The notes beneath the pieces were generated by a model that saw only the letters and a list, made by a program, of their open reading frames with translations, did no database searches and was not told the origin of the DNA. Positions 1-10,945 of a stretch of DNA of 64,000 bases are shown here, one piece after another. Position numbers and translations under genes: made by a program. Source of the stretch: Mobula hypostoma (lineage: Eukaryota); NCBI RefSeq assembly GCF_963921235.1, contig NC_086097.1, positions 10,416,001-10,480,000 of the forward strand, given 5' to 3'. How positions within the stretch are numbered: position 1 is the first letter of the stretch; each line of letters opens with the position of its first letter.

Positions 1-29
1 TTTATTCTTAAATGTTAAAAAAGAACCCA

Positions 30-690
30 CATTTACCACCTCGTCTGGCAGCTCATTCCACACTCCCACCACTCTCTGTGTGAAGAAGCCCCCCCCAATG
101 TTCCCTTTAAACTTTTCCCCCCTCACCCTAAACCCATGTCCTCTGGTTTTTTTCTCCCCTTGCCTCAGGGGAAAAAGCCTGCTTGCATTCACTCTATCTA
201 TACTCATCATAATTTTATATACCTCTATCAAATCTCCCCTCATTCTTCCACGCTCGGAATAAAGTCCTAACCTATTCAACCTTTCTCTGTAACTGAGTTT
301 TTCAAGTCCTGGCAACATCCTTGTAAACCTTCTCTGCACTTTTTCAACCTTATTAATATCCTTCCTGTAATTTGGTGACCAAAACTGAACACAATACTCC
401 AGATGTGGCCTCACCAATGCCTTATACAACCTCATCATTACATTCCAGCTTTTATACTCAATACTTTAATTAATAAATGCCAATGTACAAAGAGCTCTCT
501 TTACGACTCTATCTACCTGTGACACCACTTTTAGGGAATTTTGTATCTGTATTCCCAGATCCCGCTGTTCTACTGCGCTCCTCAGTGCCTTACCATTTAC
601 CCTGTATGTTTGTATGTTACCTTGGTTTGTCCTTCCAAAGTGCAATACCTCACACTTATCTGTATTAAACTCCATCTGCCATTCCTCAAC
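30..690 (-). mobile_element. CR1 LINE 3' ORF2 fragment
   Basis: ORF 466-675 reads MEFNTDKCEVLHFGR...QRDLG, the CR1 RT C-terminal region; homologous to 53888-54715. Confidence 0.85.
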
Positions 691-898
691 CCATTTTCAA
701 GCTGGTCATTCAAAACTACTTTGTCATTTTTTTCATAAATACCTTAAACCTAATAATAACAACAATAATGATAATAATAGTTTTGTAGCCTGGGGAAAAG
801 TACACACTCAGGACAACAAATACTTTTTCGGGTTTTAATTCCTTTATCTGTTTTAGACATTTAAGTGCCAGAAGAGGGTCGCAAAAGAAAACAACAAC

Positions 899-2764
899 GT
901 TCCAACCTTACTCCTTCCGAACGCTCTGCTCTCCACTCCCTCTGCACTAATCCTAACCTTACTATTAAACCCGCCGATAAGGGGGGTGCTATTGTAGTCT
1001 GGCTTACTGACCTCTACCTTGCCGAGGCACAGCGACAACTCGCGGATACCTCCTCTTATTTACTGCTCGGTCGTGATCCCACGAAGGAGCACCAGGCCAT
1101 TGTCTCCCACACCATCAGCAACTTTATCCGCTCAGGGGATCTCCCATCCACTGCTACCAACCTTATAGTTCCCACACCCCGCACTTCCCGTTTCTACCTC
1201 CTACCCAAGATCCACAAACCTGCCTGTCCTGGCCGACCTATTGTCTCAGCTTGCTCCTGCCCCACCAAACTCGTTTCTGCATACCTCGACACGGTTTTAT
1301 CCCCCCTTGTTCAATCCCTTCCTACCTATGTTCGTGACACTTCTCACGCTCTTAAGCTTTTCGATAATTTTAAGTTCCCTGGCCCCCACTGCTTTATTTT
1401 CACCATGGATGTCCAGTCCCTATATACTTGATCCCCCATCAGGAAGGTCTCAAAGCTCTCCGTTTCTTTTTGGATTCCAGACCTAATGAGTTCCCCTCTA
1501 TCACCACTCTGCTCTGTCTCGCGGAATTAGTCCTTACTCTTAATAATTTCTCCTTTGGCTCCTCCCACTTCCTCCAAACTAAAGGTGTAGCTATGGGCAC
1601 CCGTATGGGTCCTAGCTATGCCTGCCTTTTTGTTGGGTTTGTGGAACAATCTGTGTTCCAAACTTATTCTGATATCCATCCCCCACTTTTCCTTCGCTAC
1701 ATCGACGACTGCATTGGCGCTGCTTCCTGCACGCGTGCTGAGCTCGTTGACTTTATTAACTTTGCCTCCAACTTTCACCCTGCCCACAAGTTTACCTGGT
1801 CCATTTCCAACACCTCCCTCCCCTTTCTAGATCTTTCTGTCTCTATCTCGGGAGACAGCTTATCCACTGATGTCTACTATAAGCCTACGGACTCTCACAG
1901 CTATCTGGACTATTCCTGTTCTCACCCTGTCTCTTGCAAAAATGCCAAACCCTTCTCGCAATTCCTCTGTCTCTGCCGCATCTGCTCTCAGGATGAGGCT
2001 TTTCATTCCAGGACGAGGGAGATGTCCTCCTTTTTTAAAGAAAGGGGCTTCCCTTCCTCCACCATCAACTCTGCTCTCAAACGCATCTCCCCCATTTCAC
2101 GCACATCTGCTCTCACTCCATCCTCCCGCCACCCCACTAGGAATAGGGTTCCCCTGGTCCTCACCTACCACCCCACCAGCCTCCGGGTCCAACATATTAT
2201 TCTCTGTAACTTCCGCCACCTCCAACGGGATCCCACCACTAAGCACATCTTTCCATCCACCCCCACCCCGCTTTCTGCAGGGATCGCTCCCTACACGACT
2301 CCCTTGTCCATTCGTCCCCCCCATCCCTCCCCACTGATCTCCCTCCTGGCACTTATCCGTGTAAGCGGAACAAGTGCTACACATGCCCTTACACTTCCTC
2401 CCTTACCACCATTCAGGTCCCCAGACAGTCCTTCCAGGTGAGGTGACACTTCACCTGTGAGTCGGCTGGGGTGATATACTGCGTCTGGTGCTCCCGATGT
2501 GGCCTTCTATATATTGGCGAGACCTGATGCAGACTGGGAGATCGTTTTGCTGAACACCTACACTCTGTCCGCCAGAGAAAGCAAGATCTCCCAGTGGCCA
2601 CACATTTTAATTCCACATCCCATTCCCATTCTGAGTTGTCTATCCGCGGCCTCCTCTACTGTAAAGAGGAAGCCACACTCAGGTTGGAGGAACAACACCT
2701 TATATTCCATCTGGGTAGCCTCCAACCTGATGGTATGAACATTGACTTCTCTAACTTCCGCTAA
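899..2764 (+). pseudogene. PLE RT + GIY-YIG endonuclease ORF, disrupted
   Basis: ORFs 865-1431 and 1428-2441 (frameshift), then VIYCVWCSRCGLLYIGET*CRLGDRFAEH...EEQHLIFHLGSLQPDGMNIDFSNFR* ending at 2764 with in-frame TGA stops. Confidence 0.9.
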
Positions 2765-3071
2765 TGCCCCACCTCCCCCTTGTACCCCATCTGTTATTTA
2801 TTTATATACACACATTCTTTCTCTCACTCTCCTTTTTCACCCTCAGTCCCTCTGTCCCTCTGACTATACCCCTTGCCCATCCTCTGGGTTTCCCCCCCCT
2901 CCCCCTTTTCCTTCTCCCTGGGCCTCCTGTCCCATGATCCTCTCATATCCCTTTTGCCAATCACCTATCCAGCTCTTGGCTCCATCCCTCCCCCTCCTGT
3001 CTTCTCCTATCATTTTGGATCTCCCCCTCCCCCTTCCACTTTCAAATCTCTTACTAGCTCTTCCTTCAGTT

Positions 3072-3107
3072 AGTCCTGACGAAGGGACTCGACCTGAAAC
3101 GTCGACT
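3072..3107 (+). ncRNA. Minimal type I hammerhead ribozyme motif in PLE pLTR
   Basis: agtc-CTGACGA-agg gactcga cct-GAAA-cg-TC-gact: stem I agtc/gact, intact core boxes, short stem II, GUC triplet 3101-3103. Confidence 0.75.
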
Positions 3108-4574
3108 GTACCTCTTCCTAGAGATACTGCCTGGCCTGCTGCATTCACCAGCAACTTTGATGTGTGTTGCTTGAATTTCCAGCATCTGCAGAATTCCTCG
3201 TGTTTGCGAACAAATTTACAGCCAGTTCTTGCCGTTTCAATCACAGTTTAACTTTTGATTCACATCCTTGGGTATGGACAGAATTGTGTAAGAAGTATAA
3301 AAAAGAACACCAGAACTAATACAGTTCTAATACGGTAGTGGCAATCCTACTTGGATGATGAGGAACTTTGTATAAGCCACACTACCCAGTGTCGATTTCT
3401 TCACTTGTGGAAATCTTTCCTCTCCATGCCCAGTCTCTGGGAGGAACTCAATTCCAACGCCCCAACAGCGTCTTCAGCAGAAACAAAATGGTCTCCCCAC
3501 TATCCCGTGTGCGCGTAATGACATCACCATCTCCCTTAAAGGCACAGACAACTATTCTGCATTACCCGGATGGATGCCTAAGTACATTTTAAATGATACT
3601 GAATAAGATCTGACGGTCACCCGGTGACAATAGTAATAGATGAATATGGAACATATCACTATCTTGGATCATATAAGATTCAACAAGCAAAGAAAATAGA
3701 TCATAGTGTGATGAAGGTAAAACTTCCAAGAGAATTTACTTAAAGGTTTAAGAAAACCTGCCAAACAGAGCTCAATGGTAAAAACATAGCAAAGGCAATA
3801 AATATTTTCATTATACCCTTATTAACATGTTCTTCTGGCATCCAAAACTGATCAGGAATATTTACAAAGAAAAGTAAGAACTGAAATGACAAATTTTAGA
3901 AAACACCATGTACACTCAACACACTTAGATTAACGCTACCTGGGATAGAAGGAGGAAGAGAAATAACAGGCATTAAAAAATTACACAACACTCAGATAAA
4001 GTTTCTAAGGGTATATTTTCATCAAGGAAAACAGGATTCAGCATTCCATGTGAGCATATGCACTTCTGATAAGAAGTACACATCACTAAACTTAAATGGA
4101 AGCACAACCCAGAAAAATGAAGATGTTATCACTAATGAAGAAAATGTTAAGCAATGGAAAATTATGACATTCCATGGGAGACATCCCCATGACCTGAGCA
4201 GAATAGATGTTGACAAGGAAATGCTGAATGTCTGGCTCAGAGTTGAAGACCTCTTCCCAGAAACAGGATGGTTCCTTGTGGCAGTACAGGACCAAGTAGT
4301 TAACACAAAAAAATTATCAAAAATTCATAATAAAAGACCAACAAATTCAAGGTCATAAATGCAGAAAATTCCAAGAGAAACCAGAGACAATTCAACATAT
4401 TATAAGATCCCACAGAAATTTAACTTAACCTGATTACTTACAAAGGCACAGTTACTATAAATACAAGCCTGATCCGGTTTTAGAGTCAGAGTCCTACAAA
4501 TTATGTTACGACTGATCCATTATTACAAACAGGACAATCCATAATAACAATCTGGATATAATATTACAGGATAA

Positions 4575-4749
4575 TGTAATGTAGGTCGCATCTGGAATTT
4601 TTCCGGGTAGCGGATGACTTCCTCCCACGCCGTTCTGACGTAGTTGGAATTCGCGTACGAGGCAAGTTACAGCAGCGGTTTGCCATTGCCTTCTGCCAGG
4701 TGAGTTTTTTTTTCAAAGAGATCACCAGCTCTTAACTCCTCATGGATGG
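4575..4749 (-). mobile_element. RTE-related SINE/LINE 3' fragment
   Basis: 14-bp TSD ATATTACAGGATAA (4561-4574, 4750-4763); minus strand has GCAGAAGGCAATGGCAAACC motif and short TACAT tail. Confidence 0.7.
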
Positions 4750-4791
4750 ATATTACAGGATAAATAAGCAAAAACAACCTACTTAACAGAT

Positions 4792-5247
4792 TGTTGGGTG
4801 GTTCTTTGCTAGCGAAGATCAGGAGGGAAAATTCCTTCACTGTAGGACTTTTCAATTCCACCTGCACCACTGTGACAACTGTGGCGACCGTGAGGCTGGA
4901 GACTGAGTACCGGAGTTTTCCTTCTCCTAGATAGACTGCCTAGCAAGACTAACAAGTCCCATCTACCCAGGTTTGGAATCGGAGTTGTCCTTCTCCTGGG
5001 TTGCCTGACAACAAAGGCTGCTGAGCCCAGCCTACCACTGGACATTTGATTGTGCCATGACATTGCAAACTCAGTAAGAACAGCAATGCCACGTGAAGGC
5101 GTTGCTATGGGGACAGTAGTGTAGGAGAGGCTGTAAGCAAGAGATCCCCTGCATGGCAAGCCAAACAGTGGTCCTGCGGAAGGGGAGGATATGGAAGACG
5201 CTGGACCTTCCTTAAGTGAGCAGGATGTCCAGCCCAGGCCTCACCCG
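4792..5247 (-). mobile_element. Non-coding retroposon with RTE-like motif
   Basis: 16-bp TSD AACCTACTTAAYAGAT (4776-4791, 5248-5263); two copies of GGTAG.TGGG...AGGAGAAGGA.AACTCCG on minus strand. Confidence 0.65.
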
Positions 5248-5609
5248 AACCTACTTAATAGATATAGCCATTCCAAGTACGCATAACATACAGAAATTAA
5301 ATAAGTGAATAACATCATAAATATGATGAATTACAAGAGGAAACTGAAAGACAACAGAACATGAACAGGGTATACATTGTCCCAATATTAATAGCTACAA
5401 CTGACATCAATCAAAAGTCACGACACAATAGCATTTAACAATAAGGCCGACACAGCAATATTTAGGTAAAGACACAGAACTGAACGCCACTAGAATAGTC
5501 CAAAAGTTCCTAGCAGTTGAGAAATGAATGTGCTTGGCTATGCCCGTACCTCAGGATTTACCAGCTTGAGCTGATAAAAAGTAAATAAACAGTAATATAT
5601 GCAGAGGGA

Positions 5610-6062
5610 TTCCTTGTGGAAATACAGGACCAGATGGGTAACATAAAAAAAATACCAAAAATACATAATAAAAGACCAACAAGTTCAAGATGATAAATGT
5701 CAAAAATTCCAAGCGAAACCAGAAACGATCCAACACATTACAGAATCCTGCAGCGGTTTAACTCAATCTGATTATTTACACAAGCACAATCAAGTGGCAA
5801 ATATCATTCACAAAAATCTTGCTTGAAAATACAAATTCATAAGAGACACCACACCTCACTATAAATATGAGCCTGACCCAGTTTTAGAGTCAGAATCCAA
5901 CTAACTATATGAAAACTGATCCATTATTATAGTTAGGCCAATCCATAATAACCATCTGGATATAATAATACAGGACAATCAAGAACAATTTACTCTATAG
6001 ATATAGCTATTCCAAACACACATAACTTACAGAAATCAATAAGTGAAAAACACCAGAAACAA
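5610..6062 (+). mobile_element. Second R4/Dong-like fragment, tandem to the first
   Basis: Repeats 4275-4570/5260-5300 with divergence (CAGGACCA, PETIQHIT, DYLHKHNQVANIIH, IAIPNTHN). Confidence 0.7.
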
Positions 6063-6068
6063 AGATAT

Positions 6069-6259
6069 TGTAGCGATGTGCTACACACAGCGCTAGAATA
6101 ACCACACGGAGTCGGTGAGTTGGAGTTGCGATCAAAGGTTTATTCAAACTTCGCGGCCCGCTTTAAAGCCTTCCCGTTCCCCCCCTTTTTGCTGCCGGCC
6201 CTCTGCCTGCGCGCTGTTTCGTGAGCCGGTTCGTGGGTGTCAGAAAGTGGGTCGCCACA
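6069..6259 (-). repeat. Gypsy 3' LTR
   Basis: TGTAGCG...CGCCACA, direct repeat of 9062-9256; adjacent polypurine tract (plus strand TAACCCCACCCCC, 6260-6273). Confidence 0.95.
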
Positions 6260-6279
6260 TAACCCCACCCCCCAGAACC

Positions 6280-8344
6280 GGCGATACCTCCCCCAATGTC
6301 CACAGTCTGGATCGGCCTCTGTTTGGGAGGTCTCCCTGCGCCGCAGTGCCTGAGCCTGGACCGGTTGCGCCAAGTCCACATGGGCCGGTTTGAGTCGGTC
6401 CACCATGAAAACCTCCTCTCTCCCCTCAATGTCCAGCACGAACGTGGACCCGTTGTTCCTGATCACCTTAAACGGCCCCTCGTAGGGCCGCTGTAGCGGT
6501 GCCCGGTGTCCGCCCCGTCGTACAAAAAGAAACTTACAGTTCTGCAGGTCTTTGAGTACGCAGGTCGGGCTCTGTCCGTGCTGTGAAGTGGGGATGGGGG
6601 CCAGGTTACCGAGCCTCTCCCGTAGTCTGTCCAGGACTGCTGTGGGTTCTTCCTCTTGCCCCCTTGGGGCTGGTATGAACTCTCCTGGGACAACCAGGGG
6701 TGCGCCGTACGCCAACTCGGCCGGCAAGGTGTGCAGATCCTCTTTGGGCGCTGTGCGGATTCCGAGCAGGACCCAGGGAAGTTCGTCCACCCAGTTAGGC
6801 CCCTCCAGGTGGGCCATGAGAGCCGATTTCAGGTGACGGTGGAAGCGCTCCACTAGTCCGTTCCACTGTGGGTGGTAGGCAGTTGTGTGGTGTAGCTGTG
6901 TTGGATGCGTCCACCGTGAGGGCAGTAGGAACGTCCGTTCTGGGGTGCACTAGCATCGCGGCGTTTGCCAAGGCTTCTTTGGTTTTAACGAAAGCGGTTG
7001 TGGCCTCTTCGTTCCAGGTAATGTCCTTGCCCTTACCCGACATTAGAGTGAACAAGGGACGCATGGTTCGGGCTGCTGAGGGGAGGAAACGGTGGTAGAA
7101 ATTCACCATACCCACAAATTCCTGCAAGCCTTTGATTGTGTTGGGTCGGGGGAAGTTGCGGACCGCGTCTACCTTGGCGGGCAGCGGGGTTGCCCCGTCT
7201 TTAGTAATCCTGTGGCCCAGGAAGTCGATGGTGTCGAGTCCGAACTGGCATTTGGCTGGATTGATTGTAAGGCCGAATTCAGTCAGGCGGGAGTAGAACT
7301 GGCGGAGGTGGGACAGATGCTCCTGCCGACTACTGCTGGCTATGAGGATGTCCTCCAAATAGATGAATGCAAAGTCCAGGTCGCGTCCATTAGCCGCTGG
7401 AAAGTCTGTGCGGCATTCTTTAGACCAAACGGCATTCGGAGGAATTCGAAAAGTCCGAACGGGGTGATAAGTGCTGTTTTGGGGATGCCGTCCGGATGTA
7501 CAGGGATTTGACGGTATCCCCGGACGAGGTCTACCTTGGAAAAGATCCTTGCGCCGTGTAGGTTTGCTGCGAAGTCTTGAATGTGCGGCACAGGGTAGCG
7601 GTCTGGCATTGTAGCCTCGTTCAGTCTGCGGTAGTCACCGCATGGTCTCCAGCCCCCTGTTGCCTTGGGCACCATGTGAAGGGGGGAGGCCCATGGGCTG
7701 TCGGACCGTCGTATGATCCCTAATTCCTCCATCTTCTTGAACTCCTCCTTCGCCAGTCGGAGCTTGTCCGGGGAAAGCCTTCGAGCATGGGCGTGGAGGG
7801 GTGGTCCCTGGGTCGGGATGTGGTGCTGTACTCCGTGTCTGGGCATGGCTGCCGTGAACTGCGGTGTCAGTACTGATGGGAAATCCGCCAGGACCCTGGT
7901 GAATTCATCGTCGGACAGCGTGATGGAGTCCAGGTGTGGGGCTGACAACTGTGCTTCACCCAGGAAGAACGTTTGAAAAATCTTGGAGTGGACTAATCGC
8001 TTCCCTTGCAAGTCGACCAGCTGGCTGTGGGCTCGTAGAAAATCTGCCCCCAGCAGTGGTTGGGCCACGGCGGCCAGTGTGAAGTCTCACGTGAACCGGC
8101 TGGAGCTGAACTGTAGCCGCACCGTGCGGGTGCCGTAGGTTCGTATTGTGCTGCCATTAGTGGCCCTCAGGGTGGGTCCCGGTTCTCTGTTGCGGGTGTC
8201 GTAACTCGTTGGAGGTAAGACGCTGATCTCCGCTCCGGTGTCGACCAAAAAGCGGCGTCCCGACTGCTTGTCCCAGACGTACAGGAGGCTGTCCTGATGG
8301 CCAGCCGCCGTAGCGATCGGCGGCGGCTGGCCCTGGCGTTTCCC
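6280..8344 (-). pseudogene. pol: Gypsy Pol (PR-RT-partial RNase H-partial integrase), disrupted
   Basis: FLVDTGAEIS protease; [37 protein letters not shown] in place of YLDD; LTVDASN joined to HHTTAYHPQWNGLVERFHR; PYEGPF; stop at 8087 and frameshifts. Confidence 0.92.
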
Positions 8345-9021
8345 GGGAATTTGCAGGGCGGTCTGCAGCGGTGGGCCTCCGTGCCCCACCGCTGGTGGTA
8401 GAAGCACCATTGTCCGCTAGGCTCCTCACTCCCGTCGCCGGGTTTTGTAGGCTCTGCTGCCGGGCCTGGTCTGGTCTGTCGTTGGGCATGCGGCTTGGTG
8501 ATCTGTGCGACGGATGCCCCTCTCTCTTTCCTGGCATTCCACAGCACATCTGCTCGGGCCGCCACCTCCCGGGGGTTGCTGAAATCTGCGTCGGACAGCA
8601 GCAGGCATATGTCCTCGGGCAGTTGCTCTAGGAACGCCTGCTCAAACATGAGGCAGGGTTTGTGTCCTTCAGCCAGGGCCAGCATCTCGTTCATTAATGC
8701 TGACGGCGGCCTGTCTCCCAAACCATCCAGGTGCATTAAGCGGCGTGCTCGTTCGCGCCGTGAGAGTCCGAAAGTCCTTATGAGCAGGGCTTTGAATGCT
8801 GTGTATTTGCCGTCCTCCGGGGGCGACTGTATAAACTCCTCAACTTGTGCAGCAGTCTCCCGGTCGAGGGAGCTCAGCACGTAGTAGTAGCGAGTGGACT
8901 CCGAGGTTATCTGCCGAATGTGGAATTGTGCTTCTGCTTGTTCGAACCATAAATGGAGTCGCAGCGTCCAGAAGCTTGGCAGTTTTAACGAAACTGCGTG
9001 AACAGATGCAGTGTCGGTCAT
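8167..9021 (-). CDS. gag: Gypsy Gag
   Basis: ATG at 9021, AVSLKLPSFW...WFEQAEAQF, LGDRPPS, C-terminal CFYHQRWGTEAHRCRPPC knuckle; open frame continues past the presumed natural end. Confidence 0.85.
   Translation of the reverse strand: MTDTASVHAVSLKLPSFWTLRLHLWFEQAEAQFHIRQITSESTRYYYVLSSLDRETAAQVEEFIQSPPEDGKYTAFKALLIRTFGLSRRERARRLMHLDGLGDRPPSALMNEMLALAEGHKPCLMFEQAFLEQLPEDICLLLSDADFSNPREVAARADVLWNARKERGASVAQITKPHAQRQTRPGPAAEPTKPGDGSEEPSGQWCFYHQRWGTEAHRCRPPCKFPGNARASRRRSLRRLAIRTASCTSGTSSRDAAFWSTPERRSASYLQRVTTPATENRDPP
8299..8344 (-). promoter_or_regulatory. -1 programmed ribosomal frameshift signal (gag-pol)
   Basis: G GGA AAC heptamer (8344-8338) in gag frame, 5-nt spacer, perfect 12-bp hairpin GGCCAGCCGCCG/CGGCGGCTGGCC; protease lies in the -1 frame. 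Confidence 0.85.
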
Positions 9022-9045
9022 CTCTGGTCCAAATATCGTTTGGGC

Positions 9046-9059
9046 CGTCGGGGTCACCA
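9046..9059 (-). promoter_or_regulatory. Primer-binding site complementary to tRNA-Trp 3' end
   Basis: Minus strand TGGTGACCCCGACG just inside the 5' LTR. Confidence 0.85.
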
Positions 9060-9061
9060 AT

Positions 9062-9256
9062 TGTAGCGATATGCTACACACAGGGCTAGAATAACCACAC
9101 GGAGTCGGTGAGTTGGAGTTGAGATGAAAGAGGTTTATTCAAACTTCGCGGCCCACTTTAAAGCCTTCCTGTTCCCGCCGTTTTTGCTGCCCGCCCTCTG
9201 CCTGCGCGCGCTGTTTCGTGAGCCGGTTCGTGGGTGTCAGAAAGTGGGTCGCCACA
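9062..9256 (-). repeat. Gypsy 5' LTR
   Basis: Direct repeat of 6069-6259 with about 9 substitutions and 2 small indels (manual count). Confidence 0.95.
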
Positions 9257-9589
9257 ATATCAAGAAAATCAATCGACCTATTTGTGGACTGAAAAATGAG
9301 GTAAGGTTGAGATTTGTCCCAAGCAGCTGAAAAAAGAACTCTTAGATCTGCAGCATGTTCACAGGGTTGGATATCAAGACAACTATCAAGTACTGCTAGA
9401 CGATCAGCTGGAAGATATGAAATTTCCTACAGAATCAGTTCATGTGCAGCTAATGTCATCCCCCCACCCCACCCTTCTTACCAACCTCTTCCTATCTCCC
9501 TGTCGCTGAAGCTCTTCCTCCTGACATGTATCTTGTTAACCAGAACGTATATGTCCTTTACGCATCTGAGGGAGCTGTCTTTCTTCCTT

Positions 9590-10335
9590 TATTGAATTGA
9601 ATTGAATGATCTTTATTGTCATTATACATAGGTACAATGAAACTCTGTTTGGCTTCCTCTCAGGCAATTAAATAAAGCGATAGATAAAAACAAGACAGTA
9701 ACACAAAAACAGTATTAAATAGATAAGCAGCAGAAAATAAGTTGCAGCAGCACCAGAATATCACAGTAATGCCCAAAGTGCCGTTAGTGCAAGTATTTGA
9801 GTCCCTGTGTGTGGATGTGTGTGCTCACAGTTTCAGTCATTGTTCTGTGGGAGTGGTGTGATGGAGGCCACAGCTCTGGGATAGAAGCTGTTTCTCAATC
9901 TACTTGTTCTGGCTTTTAGTGTCCTGAACCTTTTGCTGGACGGCAGAGGGTCAAACAGGGAGTGGCCGGGGTGTGTGGTGTCTCTGGTTATGCTGATTGC
10001 TTTCCTCCTGAGTCTGCTGGAATAGATGGTGTCCAGTCCTGGGAGCTCCACCCTGACAATTCACTGGGCCGCCTTCACCACGCGATGCAGGTCTTTTCGC
10101 TCCGCAGCTGTGCAGCTGGCAGACCACACTGTGGCGTTGTCGGTCAGGGTGGTTTCAATTGTGCTTCTGTAGAAGTTAAGCAACAGCTTTTGTGGCAGTT
10201 TGGCCCACTTCAGCTTTCTGAGGAAGACGACTCTTTGTTGTGCCTTTTTTACAAGCAATGAGGTGTTGGTGGTCCAGGTCGGCTGTTTTGACAACATAAC
10301 TCCAAGGAACTTTATCAACACCTGCCTCCTCCGTG
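9590..10335 (-). mobile_element. Rex1/Babar LINE 3' fragment
   Basis: KFLGV...WTTNTSLLVKKAQQR..FLRKL...FYRSTIE, THPGHSLF.PLPS.KRFR, RLRNSFYPRAV; AATAAA and (CAATT)n tail. Confidence 0.88.
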
Positions 10336-10539
10336 GCAATTAAAAAGTGTGTTGCTGCTCTGTGGTTGCCATGGGAAATGTGCCTTTTAAGGGCCGGCAT
10401 ACTTCTCTTATTGCTTTGCAACCATCTGTCCAGAGGTGCCTGAAACTGAGTGAGGTCCTGTTAGATTTCAATCACAGGAGATTCAATTTGTCATTGGTGT
10501 TAAATAAAGCAATGCTTCATAGAGTCAGCAGAACTCCAG

Positions 10540-10945
10540 GATAGAAACAGGCTCTTCAGCTCATCGACTCTCTGCCAAAGTATTTATCAGCCTAGTCCCA
10601 CGGACCTGCATCCAGACCATAAGTCTACATACCCCTCCCATCCATATTCATTTGTTCATTATGTGTCATGTTGTATGACGTGGGAGATCATGATTAAATG
10701 ACCATACCCACATCCAGCACCTCGACTGGAAGCTCACTCCACAGTCTCACCACCTTCTGCGTGAAAATAAATCCACCCTCATGATCCCCTTAAACGATTC
10801 ACCTTTCACCTGCAACCCATGACCTGAAGTTCTAATCTCACTCAACCTTAATGAAAAAAGTCTGCTTGCATTTAACCTGTCTATACCCCTCATAATTTTG
10901 TTTATCAAATCTCTCCTCATTCCTCTATGCTCCAGCAAATAAAGT
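10540..10945 (-). mobile_element. CR1 3' fragment
   Basis: LEHRGMRRDLI...RTSGHGL. Confidence 0.7.

Larger units (their letters stand above)
899..3207 (+). mobile_element. Penelope-like retroelement (Neptune-type), 5'-truncated, with 3' pLTR
   Basis: RT motifs IKPADKG, FYLLPKIHK, MDVQSLYT, GVAMGTRMGPSYA, RYIDD; Cys linker YPCKRNKCYTC; GIY-YIG endonuclease; pyrimidine-rich 3' region and pLTR ending GTTTGCG. Confidence 0.93.
3640..5575 (+). mobile_element. R4/Dong-like non-LTR retrotransposon remnant, interrupted by two short insertions
   Basis: HGRHPHDL...WLRVEDLFPETGWFLVAVQDQVVNTK, then degenerate zinc-knuckle/RLE region (PETIQHI, LIDIAIP-like). Confidence 0.75.
6069..9256 (-). mobile_element. 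Ty3/Gypsy LTR retrotransposon, internally deleted
   Basis: Two TG...CA LTRs, ATAT TSD (6065-6068, 9257-9260), PBS, polypurine tract, gag-PR-RT-RH-IN order. Confidence 0.96.

Noticed and set aside
2742..3251. 169-aa ORF over the PLE pLTR, with similar short ORFs at other pLTRs
   Set aside because: Low-complexity pyrimidine-rich UTR; recurrence reflects repeat copies, not coding conservation
784..3629. Solo LTR (TGTAG...TGACA) split by the PLE
   Set aside because: No matching TSD and no second copy in the window
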